Below, one piece after another: positions 25,312 through 35,668 of a stretch of 64,000 bases of DNA (the stretch's first letter is position 1; each line of letters starts with the position of its first letter). The stretch is from an uncultured Bacteroidales bacterium. GTDB taxonomy: Bacteria; Bacteroidota; Bacteroidia; Bacteroidales; VadinHA17. The position numbers and the translations under genes were made by a program. The DNA lies in the NCBI GenBank assembly GCA_963840965.1, contig CAWJAW010000006.1, positions 342,356 to 406,355 of the forward strand, written 5' to 3'. The notes beneath the pieces were generated by a model that ran no database searches, was not told where the DNA came from, and was given only the letters and a program-made list of their open reading frames with translations.

Positions 25312-25369
25312 GTTGGCAGTTGGCAGTTGGCAGAATTTGGAGCCCTGTGCCCTGTGCCCTGTGCCCTGA
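25312..25369. repeat. Two adjacent 7-bp tandem arrays: (GTTGGCA)x3 then (GCCCTGT)x3-4
   Basis: Read directly. GTTGGCA repeats at 25312-25332. GCCCTGT/GCCCTGA repeats at 25342-25369 and decays further on. The arrays lie in the intergenic gap between two sulfatase genes. Confidence 0.9.
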
Positions 25370-25421
25370 GCCGCACGCCAACAACAAGTAACCAGCAACA
25401 AACAAAATACCCTCAAACCCA

Positions 25422-27104
25422 ATGAACCTCAAATCTCTTATCGGAGTCGGAGCAGCATCACTGCTTACGGCTTCCGCCTACAGTCAGCAGACACCCCGTC
25501 AGCCTAACATTCTCTGGATATCCACTGAGGATTTGAGCCCCAGACTGGGATGCTATGGCGACCTTACCGCCAGGACACCGAATATCGACCGGCTTGCTTC
25601 GCAGGGAGTGAGATTCACCAATGTCTTTACAACTGCCGCGATAAGCGCGCCTTGCAGGGCGGGCATTATAACCGGAATGTATCAGACATCGATCGGGTGT
25701 ATGCACATGAGGACCACCTCTTTCCGCCGAAGCGCTGAGAATCCGGTTGAATTCACCGCAGTTCCTCCCCATTATGTAAAGGCTTTCACTGAAAATATGC
25801 GGACCGCCGGCTACTACTGCACCAATAACAACAAAACCGACTATCAGTTTGCAAAGGACCCGGTTCCGGCAAGCATCTGGGATGAATGCAGCAGAAATGC
25901 CCATTATAAGAACCGTTCCGACCATAGCCAGCCATTCTTTGCCGTTTTCAACTGGGTAGGAACCCACGAAAGCCAGAACTGGGATATCAGCAAGGTTAAA
26001 ACCGACCCGAAATCAGTTCCTGTGCCACCATATTATCCCGACAATGAAATTGTAAGAAAGAATATAGCCAGGTTTTACGACAACATTGCCAGGCTTGATT
26101 CAGTAGTAGGAGTGATGCTTAATGAACTTGAAAGAGAAGGGGAGCTTGACAACACAATTATTTTCTTCTGGGGCGATCATGGCGACGGTCTGCCCAGGGG
26201 AAAAAGGTGGTTGTATGACTCCGGGCTGAGGATTCCACTCATTATTAAATTCCCCGACGGAATGAATGCCGGAACTGTTGACGACAGGCTGATCAGTTCC
26301 ATCGACTTTGGACCATCGGTTCTTTCTCTCGCAGGGATTCCGATTCCCGCTCACATGCAGGGGAGACCTTTCCTCGGCAGTCAGACAAAACCTGAAAGGG
26401 ATGCCGTTTATGCAGCCCGCGACAGGGTTGATGAATCTTACGACATGATACGTTCGGTAAGAACAAAAGACTATCTGTACATTCGCAATTACTACCCCAA
26501 CGAGTCATTTCAGATTTGGGTTCCCTACCTTAACAACATGCCCATCTACAAGGAAATGCTACGACTCGATGCTGAAGGCAGATTAACAGGACCTCAGAAA
26601 TCATGGATGGCTTCCACAAGGCCTCCCGAGGAGCTTTATGACGTTAGGAATGACCCGTACCAGATAAACAACCTTGCAGATGATCCAAAGTTCCGCAAAG
26701 CACTTGATGAACTCAGGGAAAAACATGAACAATGGACGCTGGCTACAGGAGACCTGGGCCACATGAATGAACCTGAGATGATAAGGCAAATGTGGCCCGA
26801 TATGAAACAACCCGTGACCGACACCCCTTATTTCATTGTCAACTCACCTGAGGACAGGGCATCAAAAAACCTGAGGGCAGGAGGTTCATACTCCTCCCCG
26901 ATGACACTGGCATTTTACTGTCCGACCCACGGAGCATCAGTAGTTTATACCTTTGAAGATAAGGAAAATCCTCACTGGCTTTTGTATTCAGGACCAATGC
27001 ACCTTAAACCCGGTAATCACAATATTCGCGTAAAGGCAGTCCGTTACGGATACCGCGACAGTGAAGAACTGAAAGGATCATTTGAAATCAAACAGACAAA
27101 ATAG
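25422..27104 (+). CDS. Sulfatase (Ser-type), longer C-terminal domain
   Basis: PNILWISTEDL and the motif S-A-P-C-R-A-G-I-I-T-G. 560 aa. Confidence 0.9.
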   Translation: MNLKSLIGVGAASLLTASAYSQQTPRQPNILWISTEDLSPRLGCYGDLTARTPNIDRLASQGVRFTNVFTTAAISAPCRAGIITGMYQTSIGCMHMRTTSFRRSAENPVEFTAVPPHYVKAFTENMRTAGYYCTNNNKTDYQFAKDPVPASIWDECSRNAHYKNRSDHSQPFFAVFNWVGTHESQNWDISKVKTDPKSVPVPPYYPDNEIVRKNIARFYDNIARLDSVVGVMLNELEREGELDNTIIFFWGDHGDGLPRGKRWLYDSGLRIPLIIKFPDGMNAGTVDDRLISSIDFGPSVLSLAGIPIPAHMQGRPFLGSQTKPERDAVYAARDRVDESYDMIRSVRTKDYLYIRNYYPNESFQIWVPYLNNMPIYKEMLRLDAEGRLTGPQKSWMASTRPPEELYDVRNDPYQINNLADDPKFRKALDELREKHEQWTLATGDLGHMNEPEMIRQMWPDMKQPVTDTPYFIVNSPEDRASKNLRAGGSYSSPMTLAFYCPTHGASVVYTFEDKENPHWLLYSGPMHLKPGNHNIRVKAVRYGYRDSEELKGSFEIKQTK

Positions 27105-27443
27105 ACAGGCAACCTGACCCGACCGGATAACACACGGGTTAAAAGCCATTGCGGCCTTACTGAAAATTTCGACAACACGCTTATAATCAATGCCGAGGGT
27201 GTACCATTTTCCTCCGCCAAAGTAGGTTTTGGCCTGAACCAGGAAAGTTTTCGGGGCCATCATCTCGAGCTGTTCATCACTGCCTCTCCACGAAGTTTTC
27301 GGTATCTGAAGTTATCTGAAGTCACGGCGAATTAACCACATCGACTATCCGGAGGACTCCTTTTGCAGTGCTTTCTGAATGAATGAACGGCGCGATGAAC
27401 TAATGGCGGTACGGTTTTAATTGAATTACTTCTTATATCAGTT

Positions 27444-28832
27444 TTATAAAATCTTTCTGCTAATTAAATCTGTGACAGCAGGATTTCCGGGCTTGCCCAT
27501 GCAGCAGTTCTTGAATTTCTTTCCCGATCCGCAGGGGCAGGGATCGTTCCGGCCCGGGGCAACAGGTTTTACAACCTGGTTTTCCCTGTTTCTTATCCAG
27601 TTCATAACATTGGCAGGAGGGCGCTTGTTATTAAGCTCCTCTGCCATGAATTTCATATAGGGCTCAACATGCTTAAAGAATATCTTATATCCCTCGCACA
27701 GATAATTCAGTCCGGGCTCCCCGTCAGGTGTTGTAAGGAAACGGTGTTTCGGGCATTCTCCGTGACACATGTATCTCACATCGCACCTAAGGCAATGCCG
27801 GGGAAGCTTGTTTCTCTTGTTAACGCCAAAGTCAAACTGCATCTGCAACTTGGCAAGTTCGATGAGCGGAGTATCCCCAATGTTTCCCAGGTAATACTCG
27901 GGATAAACAAAGTGATCGCAAGAATAAACATCACCGTTATGTTCCATGACAAGAGCATCGCCGCACGTATCGTTGAAGACGCATAATCCAGGATTCTCCC
28001 CAACATAATTGGCCAGGCTGGCATCAAATATCTGGACATAATACCTGGCAACATCATTCCTTACCCATTCATCAAAAATGGTGATCAGGAACTTTCCAAA
28101 TTCAACCGAAGGAACTGTGAAAGGGGCCACACGCGGATGGTTTTGATGAATTGGAGCTATGAGCCTAAGATCATCGGGCTCACTCTGTTCGTTTTCAAAT
28201 TCAACCACTGGCAGAAACTGCATGAATCCACTGCCGATTTTTTTAAGGAAACGGTAGGTCTCCGAAGCATAATTAACATTATAGCTGTTGACTACGCTCA
28301 GGGTGTTGAACTCGACGTTGTGCTTATGAAGGAGTTCAATTCCGTTCATCACTTTCCGGAATGTAGGGCGTCCCGATCTTGTCCGCCTGAAGTGGTCGTG
28401 GTTATGCTCATCTCCGTCAATTGATATCCCTACAAGAAAATTATTGTCTTTAAAAAAACTGCACCAGTCGTCATCAAGCCTCGTTCCGTTGGTCTGAAAA
28501 GCATTTTCAATTTTCTTGTCCCCGGCAAATTTCTTTTGCAGGTCAACTGCCCTTCGGAAAAAATCAAGTCCCATAAGTGTCGGTTCACCGCCCTGCCAGG
28601 TGAAAGTTACAACAGGTACCTGATTAGCCTCGATAAACTGCCTTGTAAAATTCTCAAGCAGTTCATCCGTCATCCTCATTTTGGAATCAGTGCCGTACAG
28701 TTTGCTCTTCTCAAGATAATAACAGTAAGTGCAGTTCAGGTTACATGACGATCCGGCAGGCTTCAGCATCACCTGAAAGGCATTAGGCCGTTTCAGCTTT
28801 AGTGCATCGGAATAGAGAAGGGTGGGCTTCAT
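27444..28832 (-). CDS. Anaerobic sulfatase-maturating radical SAM enzyme (anSME) with a C-terminal SEC-C motif
   Basis: CNLNCTYCYY radical SAM motif, and SPASM-like Cys clusters (CVFNDTCG, CDHF, CLRCDVRYMCHGECP). The C-terminal CPCGSGKKFKNCC is encoded at 27501-27539. Confidence 0.85.
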   Translation of the reverse strand: MKPTLLYSDALKLKRPNAFQVMLKPAGSSCNLNCTYCYYLEKSKLYGTDSKMRMTDELLENFTRQFIEANQVPVVTFTWQGGEPTLMGLDFFRRAVDLQKKFAGDKKIENAFQTNGTRLDDDWCSFFKDNNFLVGISIDGDEHNHDHFRRTRSGRPTFRKVMNGIELLHKHNVEFNTLSVVNSYNVNYASETYRFLKKIGSGFMQFLPVVEFENEQSEPDDLRLIAPIHQNHPRVAPFTVPSVEFGKFLITIFDEWVRNDVARYYVQIFDASLANYVGENPGLCVFNDTCGDALVMEHNGDVYSCDHFVYPEYYLGNIGDTPLIELAKLQMQFDFGVNKRNKLPRHCLRCDVRYMCHGECPKHRFLTTPDGEPGLNYLCEGYKIFFKHVEPYMKFMAEELNNKRPPANVMNWIRNRENQVVKPVAPGRNDPCPCGSGKKFKNCCMGKPGNPAVTDLISRKIL

Positions 28833-28890
28833 GCGGTAAATGTAGAAATTTTTAATATATTTAAGCAGTTAACCCTTTCATCGTCAAATC

Positions 28891-30168
28891 ATGCAAAGAA
28901 GAAAATTCATTGAAATGGCATCATACGGCTCAGCCGCTTTTGCCACCTCGTTATATTTCCCGAAGTCTTCACAGGAAAAGAAACTAAAGCTGGGACTCAT
29001 TGGTTCCGGCTGGTACGGAATGGTTGATGCAGTAGCTGCAATAAAGGCAGGAGGTGTTGAATTAGCAGCGGTATGCGATGTCGACTCGGAGCATCTGTCC
29101 TCAAGTGCCACAGAACTTGAAAAGCTGCAGGGTTACAAACCGCTTACCTTCAAGTATTATTCCGAACTTCTCGACGTAAAAGGTCTTGATGCCGTTATAA
29201 TTGGTACAATCCCTCACTGGCACGCCCTGCAGTTCATTGCCGCATGCAAAAAAGGACTGGATGTTTACTGTGAGAAGCCGCTTGCATACGATGTTCTTGA
29301 AGGACTTGCGATGGTCAGGGCGGCACGTGAGGCAGGCAATATAGTCCAGGTCGGATTCCAGCGCCGGCAGGCATTATCATATCAGAAAGCCCGTGAGCTG
29401 ATAGAAGCGGGAAGGATTGGTGATGTCCATCAGGTTGTTGCCCAGATCCATTACAATCCCGGACCCCAGGATACGAAGATTCAGGAGCCGCCTGCAACGC
29501 TCGACTGGGAAGAATGGTGCGGACCTGCTCCTAAGCTCGATTACCGTCCCAGCATAGGGCACAAATCGTGGAGGCTGGAAAAGGAATACGGCAATGGTCA
29601 TCTGGTCGACTGGGGTATCCATCATATCGATATTATCCGCAAGATGATGGGAGAGGGGATGCCCGATGACATTTTTGCAACAGGTGGCATTCTGGCGCTG
29701 AAAGGTCAGATCACATCTCCCGACACACTTAACGTGAAGTTCGGATTTAAGAAAGCCCCCGTATTCTGGCAGCACAAGCTATGGGGCAACGGCGATGTGA
29801 CAAGGGAATTCAACAACGGAATCTTCTTCTATGGCGACAAAGGGACAATTTTTGTTGAAGACTCTAAGGTGGTTGTCTTTCCAACAGGCAGGGACGCAAA
29901 AAGAGAGGATATTCCGGTTCCGGCTCCCCTGATGCAGGAAAATCACGTGGAGAACTTCATCAAAGCGGTTAGGAACAAGGACAAAAGCCTGATAAGCTGC
30001 ACTCCCGATGATGCCTTCAAATCAACGGCAACGGTCCAGCTTGCTATGATCTCCCTCTATTCGGGCAGTTCTGTCAGATGGGATGATGAAAAGAAGGAGG
30101 TCATTGGCAATCCGGAAGCATCTTCAATGCTTGCAAGAGAATACAGGGGTGCTTACAAACATCCTTAA
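28891..30168 (+). CDS. Gfo/Idh/MocA-family oxidoreductase with Tat-type signal
   Basis: MQRRKFIEMASYGSAAFATS signal, then the Rossmann motif LGLIGSGWYG. Confidence 0.85.
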   Translation: MQRRKFIEMASYGSAAFATSLYFPKSSQEKKLKLGLIGSGWYGMVDAVAAIKAGGVELAAVCDVDSEHLSSSATELEKLQGYKPLTFKYYSELLDVKGLDAVIIGTIPHWHALQFIAACKKGLDVYCEKPLAYDVLEGLAMVRAAREAGNIVQVGFQRRQALSYQKARELIEAGRIGDVHQVVAQIHYNPGPQDTKIQEPPATLDWEEWCGPAPKLDYRPSIGHKSWRLEKEYGNGHLVDWGIHHIDIIRKMMGEGMPDDIFATGGILALKGQITSPDTLNVKFGFKKAPVFWQHKLWGNGDVTREFNNGIFFYGDKGTIFVEDSKVVVFPTGRDAKREDIPVPAPLMQENHVENFIKAVRNKDKSLISCTPDDAFKSTATVQLAMISLYSGSSVRWDDEKKEVIGNPEASSMLAREYRGAYKHP

Positions 30169-30261
30169 AAGGAAAATATTTACGCTACACAAGTGAGCAT
30201 TTTTCTTACTTTTACAACCACGTACCCATTACCTATACCTAAACCATAATCACTTTTAACT

Positions 30262-32265
30262 ATGAAAAAAACCACCTGTTTTCTGATTTCAGGTCTTTCT
30301 GTGATTTTTCTCCTCTTTTCGTGTCGCGGAGCAAATAAACCTGAGCAGACTGTGCTTGGCAACCGTGCCGTTGAAATTATTAAAAAGAGCGGACTGGAGT
30401 TCAAGGACCACAACAAGAATGGCAAACTTGACCCGTATGAAGACTGGAGGCTTACAGCTGATGAACGTGCCACATATCTGGCCTCACAGATGACTCTCGA
30501 AGAAAAAGCCGGTCTGATGCACATCACTTCAGAACGCCGGCTGGGCCGAGGAGGGCCGTTCGGAGGTGTCGCAGCCGAACCTGCTGCCGATGCCGTTAAG
30601 ATTATTCCGGAGGATCCCTTTCCTGCTTCAGTTGATTATGTAAACAACCGCCATCTTCATTTTCTGATCCTCCGCGACAACATTCCGGCATCGCAGCTTG
30701 CATCGCGTAATAACAAATATCAGGAGTTAGCTGAACAGACACGTCTGGGTATACCAATCGTTTTCACTTCGAATCCAAGAAATCATGCCGGCAACATTGA
30801 ATTTGGCATCACGGAGGCCAGCGGTCAGTTTTCACTCTGGCCTGGTCAGCTTGGACTTGCCGCCGCCCACGATTCATCACTGATAAGAAAGTTTGCTGAA
30901 ATTGCCCGTAAGGAATGGAGAGCATCCGGTATCAGGAAGATCTACGGATATCAGGTCGAAGTTGCCACTGAACCCAGGTGGCGTCGGATCAGCGGCACCT
31001 TCGGTGAAAGCCCGGAACTGAATGCTAATTATACTTTTGCACTGGTTCGCGGATTTCAGGGCAAGGTTATCAACAGTGAATCTGTTGTGCATACAATCAA
31101 GCACTTCCCTGGCGACGGTCCCGTTTACCTTGGTCTCGACCCCCATTATGCTGAAGGGCAATGGGCAGTTTATCCCACCGAAGGCAGTCTTTTCAAATAT
31201 CACCTTCCTCCCTTTCAGGCAGCATTCGACGCCGGTGTCAGTTCGCTCATGAGTTATTACAACCGTCCTTACAACGAGATGTCGGTTCCTCAATACAAGG
31301 GCATGTTGTTTGAATCGGTGGCCGGAGCATACAATAAGGGCATCATCGGTGATCTTGCGAGGGAGATGGGATTTACCGGTTATGTGAATACAGACAGCGG
31401 GATACTCAGCAACACCGCCTGGGGAGTAGCAGATCTGTCGCTGGAAGAGCGCTATGCCAAGGCAGTAAAGGCTGGATCGGCTATATTCTCTGACTACAAT
31501 GATCCCACCGGGCTTATCAATGCTGTAAAAACGGGATTACTGACTGAAGAAGATCTTAATCCGGCTGTAAGGGCTTTGCTTAAAGAAATTTTTGCTCTTG
31601 GGTTATTTGAGAATCCCTATGTGGATCCCGAAGAAGCTCAGAGAGTTGCAGAGGATCCTGCATCGCAGGCCCTGGCTGATGAAGCCCACAGGAAATCGGT
31701 GGTTCTTCTCCGCAATTCAGGCATCCTGCCCCTTGCAGAAAACAAAAAGGTTTATGTCGAAGTATTCAATGGTAACAACAGCGAAGCCACAACCAAAGCA
31801 GTCCAAGAAATGGCAGGCAAGTCGATGCATGTGGTGGACAACCTTTCGGAAGCTGACGCTGCACTGGTATGGGTGATGCCATCAACCTACCAGATATCTG
31901 CCGAAAAGGGTATGTCGATCACCCTTAACAAGGATACGGGAATTGATGTAGCAAAAGTAAAATCGATCGAATCGAAAGTGCCGACAGTGCTTGTAATCAA
32001 CCTGGTCAATCCATGGGTAATAAATGAAATAGAGCCAAAGGCTGCTGCAGTCCTTGCTACTTTCGGACTTAAGGGAGAAGCCCTTCTTGATGTACTATAT
32101 GGACGCTTCAATCCGACTGGAAAACTGCCCCTGACAATCCCGAAGGATCAGGAAGCAGTTGAGAAAAATGCATCGGATGTACCCGGCTATGCCGAGAATT
32201 TTGACTACACCTACACCAATGCCGAGGGCAATAAATACGTATTCGGCTTTGGATTAAGCTATTAG
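30262..32265 (+). CDS. Glycoside hydrolase family 3 (beta-glycosidase), lipoprotein
   Basis: Lipoprotein signal LLFSC. GH3-type KHFPGDGP and GYVNTDSG (nucleophile-region) motifs. 667 aa. Confidence 0.85.
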   Translation: MKKTTCFLISGLSVIFLLFSCRGANKPEQTVLGNRAVEIIKKSGLEFKDHNKNGKLDPYEDWRLTADERATYLASQMTLEEKAGLMHITSERRLGRGGPFGGVAAEPAADAVKIIPEDPFPASVDYVNNRHLHFLILRDNIPASQLASRNNKYQELAEQTRLGIPIVFTSNPRNHAGNIEFGITEASGQFSLWPGQLGLAAAHDSSLIRKFAEIARKEWRASGIRKIYGYQVEVATEPRWRRISGTFGESPELNANYTFALVRGFQGKVINSESVVHTIKHFPGDGPVYLGLDPHYAEGQWAVYPTEGSLFKYHLPPFQAAFDAGVSSLMSYYNRPYNEMSVPQYKGMLFESVAGAYNKGIIGDLAREMGFTGYVNTDSGILSNTAWGVADLSLEERYAKAVKAGSAIFSDYNDPTGLINAVKTGLLTEEDLNPAVRALLKEIFALGLFENPYVDPEEAQRVAEDPASQALADEAHRKSVVLLRNSGILPLAENKKVYVEVFNGNNSEATTKAVQEMAGKSMHVVDNLSEADAALVWVMPSTYQISAEKGMSITLNKDTGIDVAKVKSIESKVPTVLVINLVNPWVINEIEPKAAAVLATFGLKGEALLDVLYGRFNPTGKLPLTIPKDQEAVEKNASDVPGYAENFDYTYTNAEGNKYVFGFGLSY

Positions 32266-32288
32266 AAAATTCTTCAATAAAGTTATTC

Positions 32289-32325
32289 AAGATGCGGCAG
32301 GAAAATCCTTGCCGCATCTTTTATT
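32289..32325 (+). terminator. Intrinsic terminator after the GH3 gene
   Basis: AAGATGCGGCAGG / CCTTGCCGCATCTT stem (one bulge) followed by TTTTATT. Confidence 0.75.
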
Positions 32326-32490
32326 CTGCAAAACTGACCAGAAGAACCTGAATGAAAGGGTTGTCTGAAAATATTTGAAACATAAGGTCAGGGATTAATA
32401 TCTTTTCTCTTAAATTAGTCACCGATTGGGGAAGCTCCTGTAACGCCTGCTTATATTCCTTTGTTCTTTCTTCCGGAAAAGATAATTTAT

Positions 32491-33409
32491 ATGAGAATCA
32501 GAAAGAAACTTATCATCCCGCTCCTGATAATTGGCATGCCCTGGCAACTACGGTCAGGACCTCGATGAATTGCTCGGCAAAGTATCTTCCGATGACACCC
32601 CCGACTTTGTTTACGGGATCTTCAAGGGCACCACGATAATAAACGGACAGTCAGTAGAGCTTGCAGGGCACAACGACCTTCGTTTTCTTGTTTCACACAG
32701 GTTTGGAGCAGTCAACAGCGGCCTGTACAATTTTTTCGGACTCGACCAGGGCACTACCCGCCTGGGTTTTGAATACGGTATAAAGAACAGAATATCATTC
32801 ATAATCGGCCGAAGCAGTTATGAAAAAACCTATGACGGCGGCATAAAGCTTAGAATACTCAATCAGCAGAAAGGGGCAAGGAACATCCCTGTTGCCGTCA
32901 CTGTTTATTCTGCATTCTTCGCAAACACTATGCGATGGGAAGATCCGGAAAGAGAAAACCTTTTCTCCTCAAGATTTGCCTATTCAACCCAGATTCTTGC
33001 CGCCCGGAAATTCAATAAAAACCTTTCACTTCAGATCAGTCCTTCATTTGTCCATTTCAATCTGGTACCATCAGTTGACGATCAGAACAACATCTTTTCC
33101 CTTGGATTCGGAGGAAGATATAAGCTGGGGTCCAGGTTCGCGGTTAACGGAGAATACTTCTGGCTTTTTCCCGGACTTACCTCTGAAGATTAAGCAAATT
33201 CACTTTCCCTGGGGGTTGACATTGAAACCGGAGGACATGTATTCCAGCTTCATTGTACAAATTCCCAGCTCATGTTTGCTCCGGGATATATTGCGCGTTC
33301 TGATGGAAAATGGACTGATGGCAACGTCTTTTTCGGATTTAACATTTACCGGAACTTTTCACTTGGCAGAAAGTATGAAAGCGGTTCCGAAATCCTTGTC
33401 AGCCCATGA
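32491..33409 (+). pseudogene. Disrupted outer-membrane beta-barrel-like gene (resembles the DUF5777 family)
   Basis: The signal peptide (MRIRKKLIIPLLIIG) is in a different frame from the body, which starts at 32531. The body carries an in-frame TAA at 33191-33193. The same frame then continues for 71 more codons (SLGVDIETGGHVFQLHCTNS...FFGFNIYRNF) to a TGA at 33407-33409, which overlaps the next ATG. Confidence 0.65.
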
Positions 33410-33966
33410 AGAAAATTATATTCATATTCCTGCTTGCAATAAAGTCAGCTTATGCTTTGTCCCAAGATCTTGATGGGATATTTATATGCAAAAACGGAAG
33501 GATAGACTTTATTTCCGATGCCCCGCTCGAGCTCATCAAGGCATCCAATGATAAGCTGTCAGGTGTGCTCAACCTGAACGACCGGGCATTTTCATTCACA
33601 GTTCCGGTCAAAGCTTTTGAAGGCTTTAACAACAGCCTTCAGAGGGTCCATTTCAATGAAGATTACATGGAAACGGAAATACACCCTAACTCTACCTTCA
33701 AAGGCAGAATAATAGAAGAGGTTGACCTGACGGTTCCGGGACAGTATAAGATCAGGGCCAAGGGCAAGCTTAATATTCACGGCATCGAAATTGACCGTAT
33801 TATCAGATGCGATCTTGATGTAAATTCTGACCAGATAAGTGCCGGAGCAGAATTTACTGTTTTTATTGCCGACCATAATATTACTATACCTTCAATACTT
33901 AATCAGAAGATCGCCACAGAGATCAAGGTTAACGTAAAACTTACCCTCATACCCTCAGCAAAGTAA
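33406..33966 (+). CDS. YceI-like (polyisoprenoid/lipid-binding) domain protein, secreted
   Basis: 186 aa with a signal peptide. The pattern and length are consistent with YceI-like proteins. This is recalled by eye and not verified. Confidence 0.5.
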   Translation: MKKIIFIFLLAIKSAYALSQDLDGIFICKNGRIDFISDAPLELIKASNDKLSGVLNLNDRAFSFTVPVKAFEGFNNSLQRVHFNEDYMETEIHPNSTFKGRIIEEVDLTVPGQYKIRAKGKLNIHGIEIDRIIRCDLDVNSDQISAGAEFTVFIADHNITIPSILNQKIATEIKVNVKLTLIPSAK

Positions 33967-33975
33967 CTATACTCA

Positions 33976-35599
33976 ATGCGAATGAAAAAGGGAATGCTTC
34001 CCATATTGCTGATTGTATTCCTTATGATTGAATCCAGGGCCTTTGCCCAGGCGCCTTTCCTTAAAAACTATGAACTGTTCAGGGGAAGGGAAGACTATAA
34101 TGTAAATATAGTTTACCAGGATAACAGAGGCTGGATATGGTTTGGTACCGACAGAGGCCTGTTCCGTTTCGATGGGGTTAATAACGTCCTCTTTACGACG
34201 GCGGACAGTCTGGCAAACAACAACATTACAGCCCTTCATCTCAAGCCTGACGGATTACTGTGGATCGGTCACAGGAACGGAAAAATAACATTGTACGATG
34301 GCAAAACTTTTCGTCCCTTCAATCCTGAGGAGGGACTCGGCGAAATAACCATATCCGATATAATATCTGATTCTGATGGAGTAATCTGGTTCTCAACTCT
34401 GGGGGAGGGTGTTTACAGGTGGGACGGTAAATACCTATCTAACCTGAATACAGATGATGGTATTTCCGACAACTATGTCTACGATATTGAACTGGATAAT
34501 AAAGGCACACTATGGTTCGCCTCTGATAATGGGATTACCAAATTCTCAGACAGCCGGCCGGAAGTTTTGTCAATAAGGGACGGCCTTTCTGACAATATTG
34601 TCAGGGTCATCAAGGCTTCACCCGGCGGCCAGTTATGGATAGGAACCGACGAGAAAGGCATTTCAGTTTACAATACTGAAACCGGGTCTTTCTTTAATAT
34701 CGGGGGATGGGAATACAGTGCTGTTACAGGTTTAACAATTAACAGGGAAAATGAAGTCTGGATCGGAACGGAAAGCGATGGAAAAATACAGCTGCAGCTT
34801 GGTGAACTTAGTTTTAACTACCGGGCTATCAGGATCACTGCCGGCACGGAATCAGCAAAAATCAATTCTGTAATCCTGGATTTTGAGGAAAATATCTGGA
34901 TAGGAGGAAAGAAATTTGTCTCTCAGGTCTTGCCTCCCATATTTGAATTTCTGAATGCATCCTCCGGAACTCCGTTTGAAATCAGTTACAGCATTGCTGT
35001 TGATGATGAAAAGAATCTCTGGGTATGCAGCGAAAAGGGACTTTTCAGGGGGGTACCAGGCCTTTCATGATCTTTCACCTGGGAAAATATCAGTAAAAGA
35101 CTAAATGCAGGTAAAACGAATTTTATCTCACTTTTAATCGACAATGACCGGCAAGTCTGGGCAGGAACTTACGACGGAGGTGAGCCTCGACCAGCGAAAC
35201 TGGCTCAGGTCACCTGATTCTTCGTTTGCATTTACAATAACTCCCCCATTCTGGAGAAGATTATGGTTCCTTGCATCAGTTGCAATCCTGTTCTTCCTGG
35301 CAATCTATGTGTACATCAGGTTTCGAGTACGTTCTCTTGAGCGGGAAAAGATAATCCTTGAAGAGGAAGTATTGAAGAGAACCATGGAAATAAGAAAACA
35401 AAACACGATCCTTGAAGAACAGAAGGTCCAGATAGAGTACCAAAGAGATCTTGCCCGCGAACAAAAGGAGAAAATTGAAGCTCAGAAAGAAGAAATCCAG
35501 TCAAGCATACATTATGCCCACAGAATTCAATCGGCAGTCCTGCCGTCAAGGAACAGAATGGATGCACTCCTGAAGGACTATTTCATACTAAGTAAACCT
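33976..35599 (+). pseudogene. Decayed two-component-regulator-propeller sensor / SpoIIE(PP2C)-type phosphatase (SiaA-like)
   Basis: Reg_prop repeats (GWIWFGTDRGLFRF, LWIGHRNG, IWFSTLGEGVY, LWFASDNGI, LWIGTDEKGI) run to a stop at 35070. A further repeat (QVWAGTYDGG) is in another frame. A third frame then carries PPFWRRLWF-TM-coiled coil-SIHYAHRIQSAVLP...FILSKP, where homology ends at about 35599. No PP2C catalytic domain follows. Confidence 0.65.
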
Positions 35600-35668
35600 T
35601 GTGAGATAGGTAATGGGGATCAGGATTACAAGCCCCAGGGAAAACTGAACAAGAAGCAGATCAATGAT

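Noticed and set aside
25312-25369. Whether the short tandem arrays here and at 61097-61168 are CRISPR arrays.
   Set aside because: The units are 7-8 bp with no spacers and no cas genes, so they are microsatellite-like tandem repeats.
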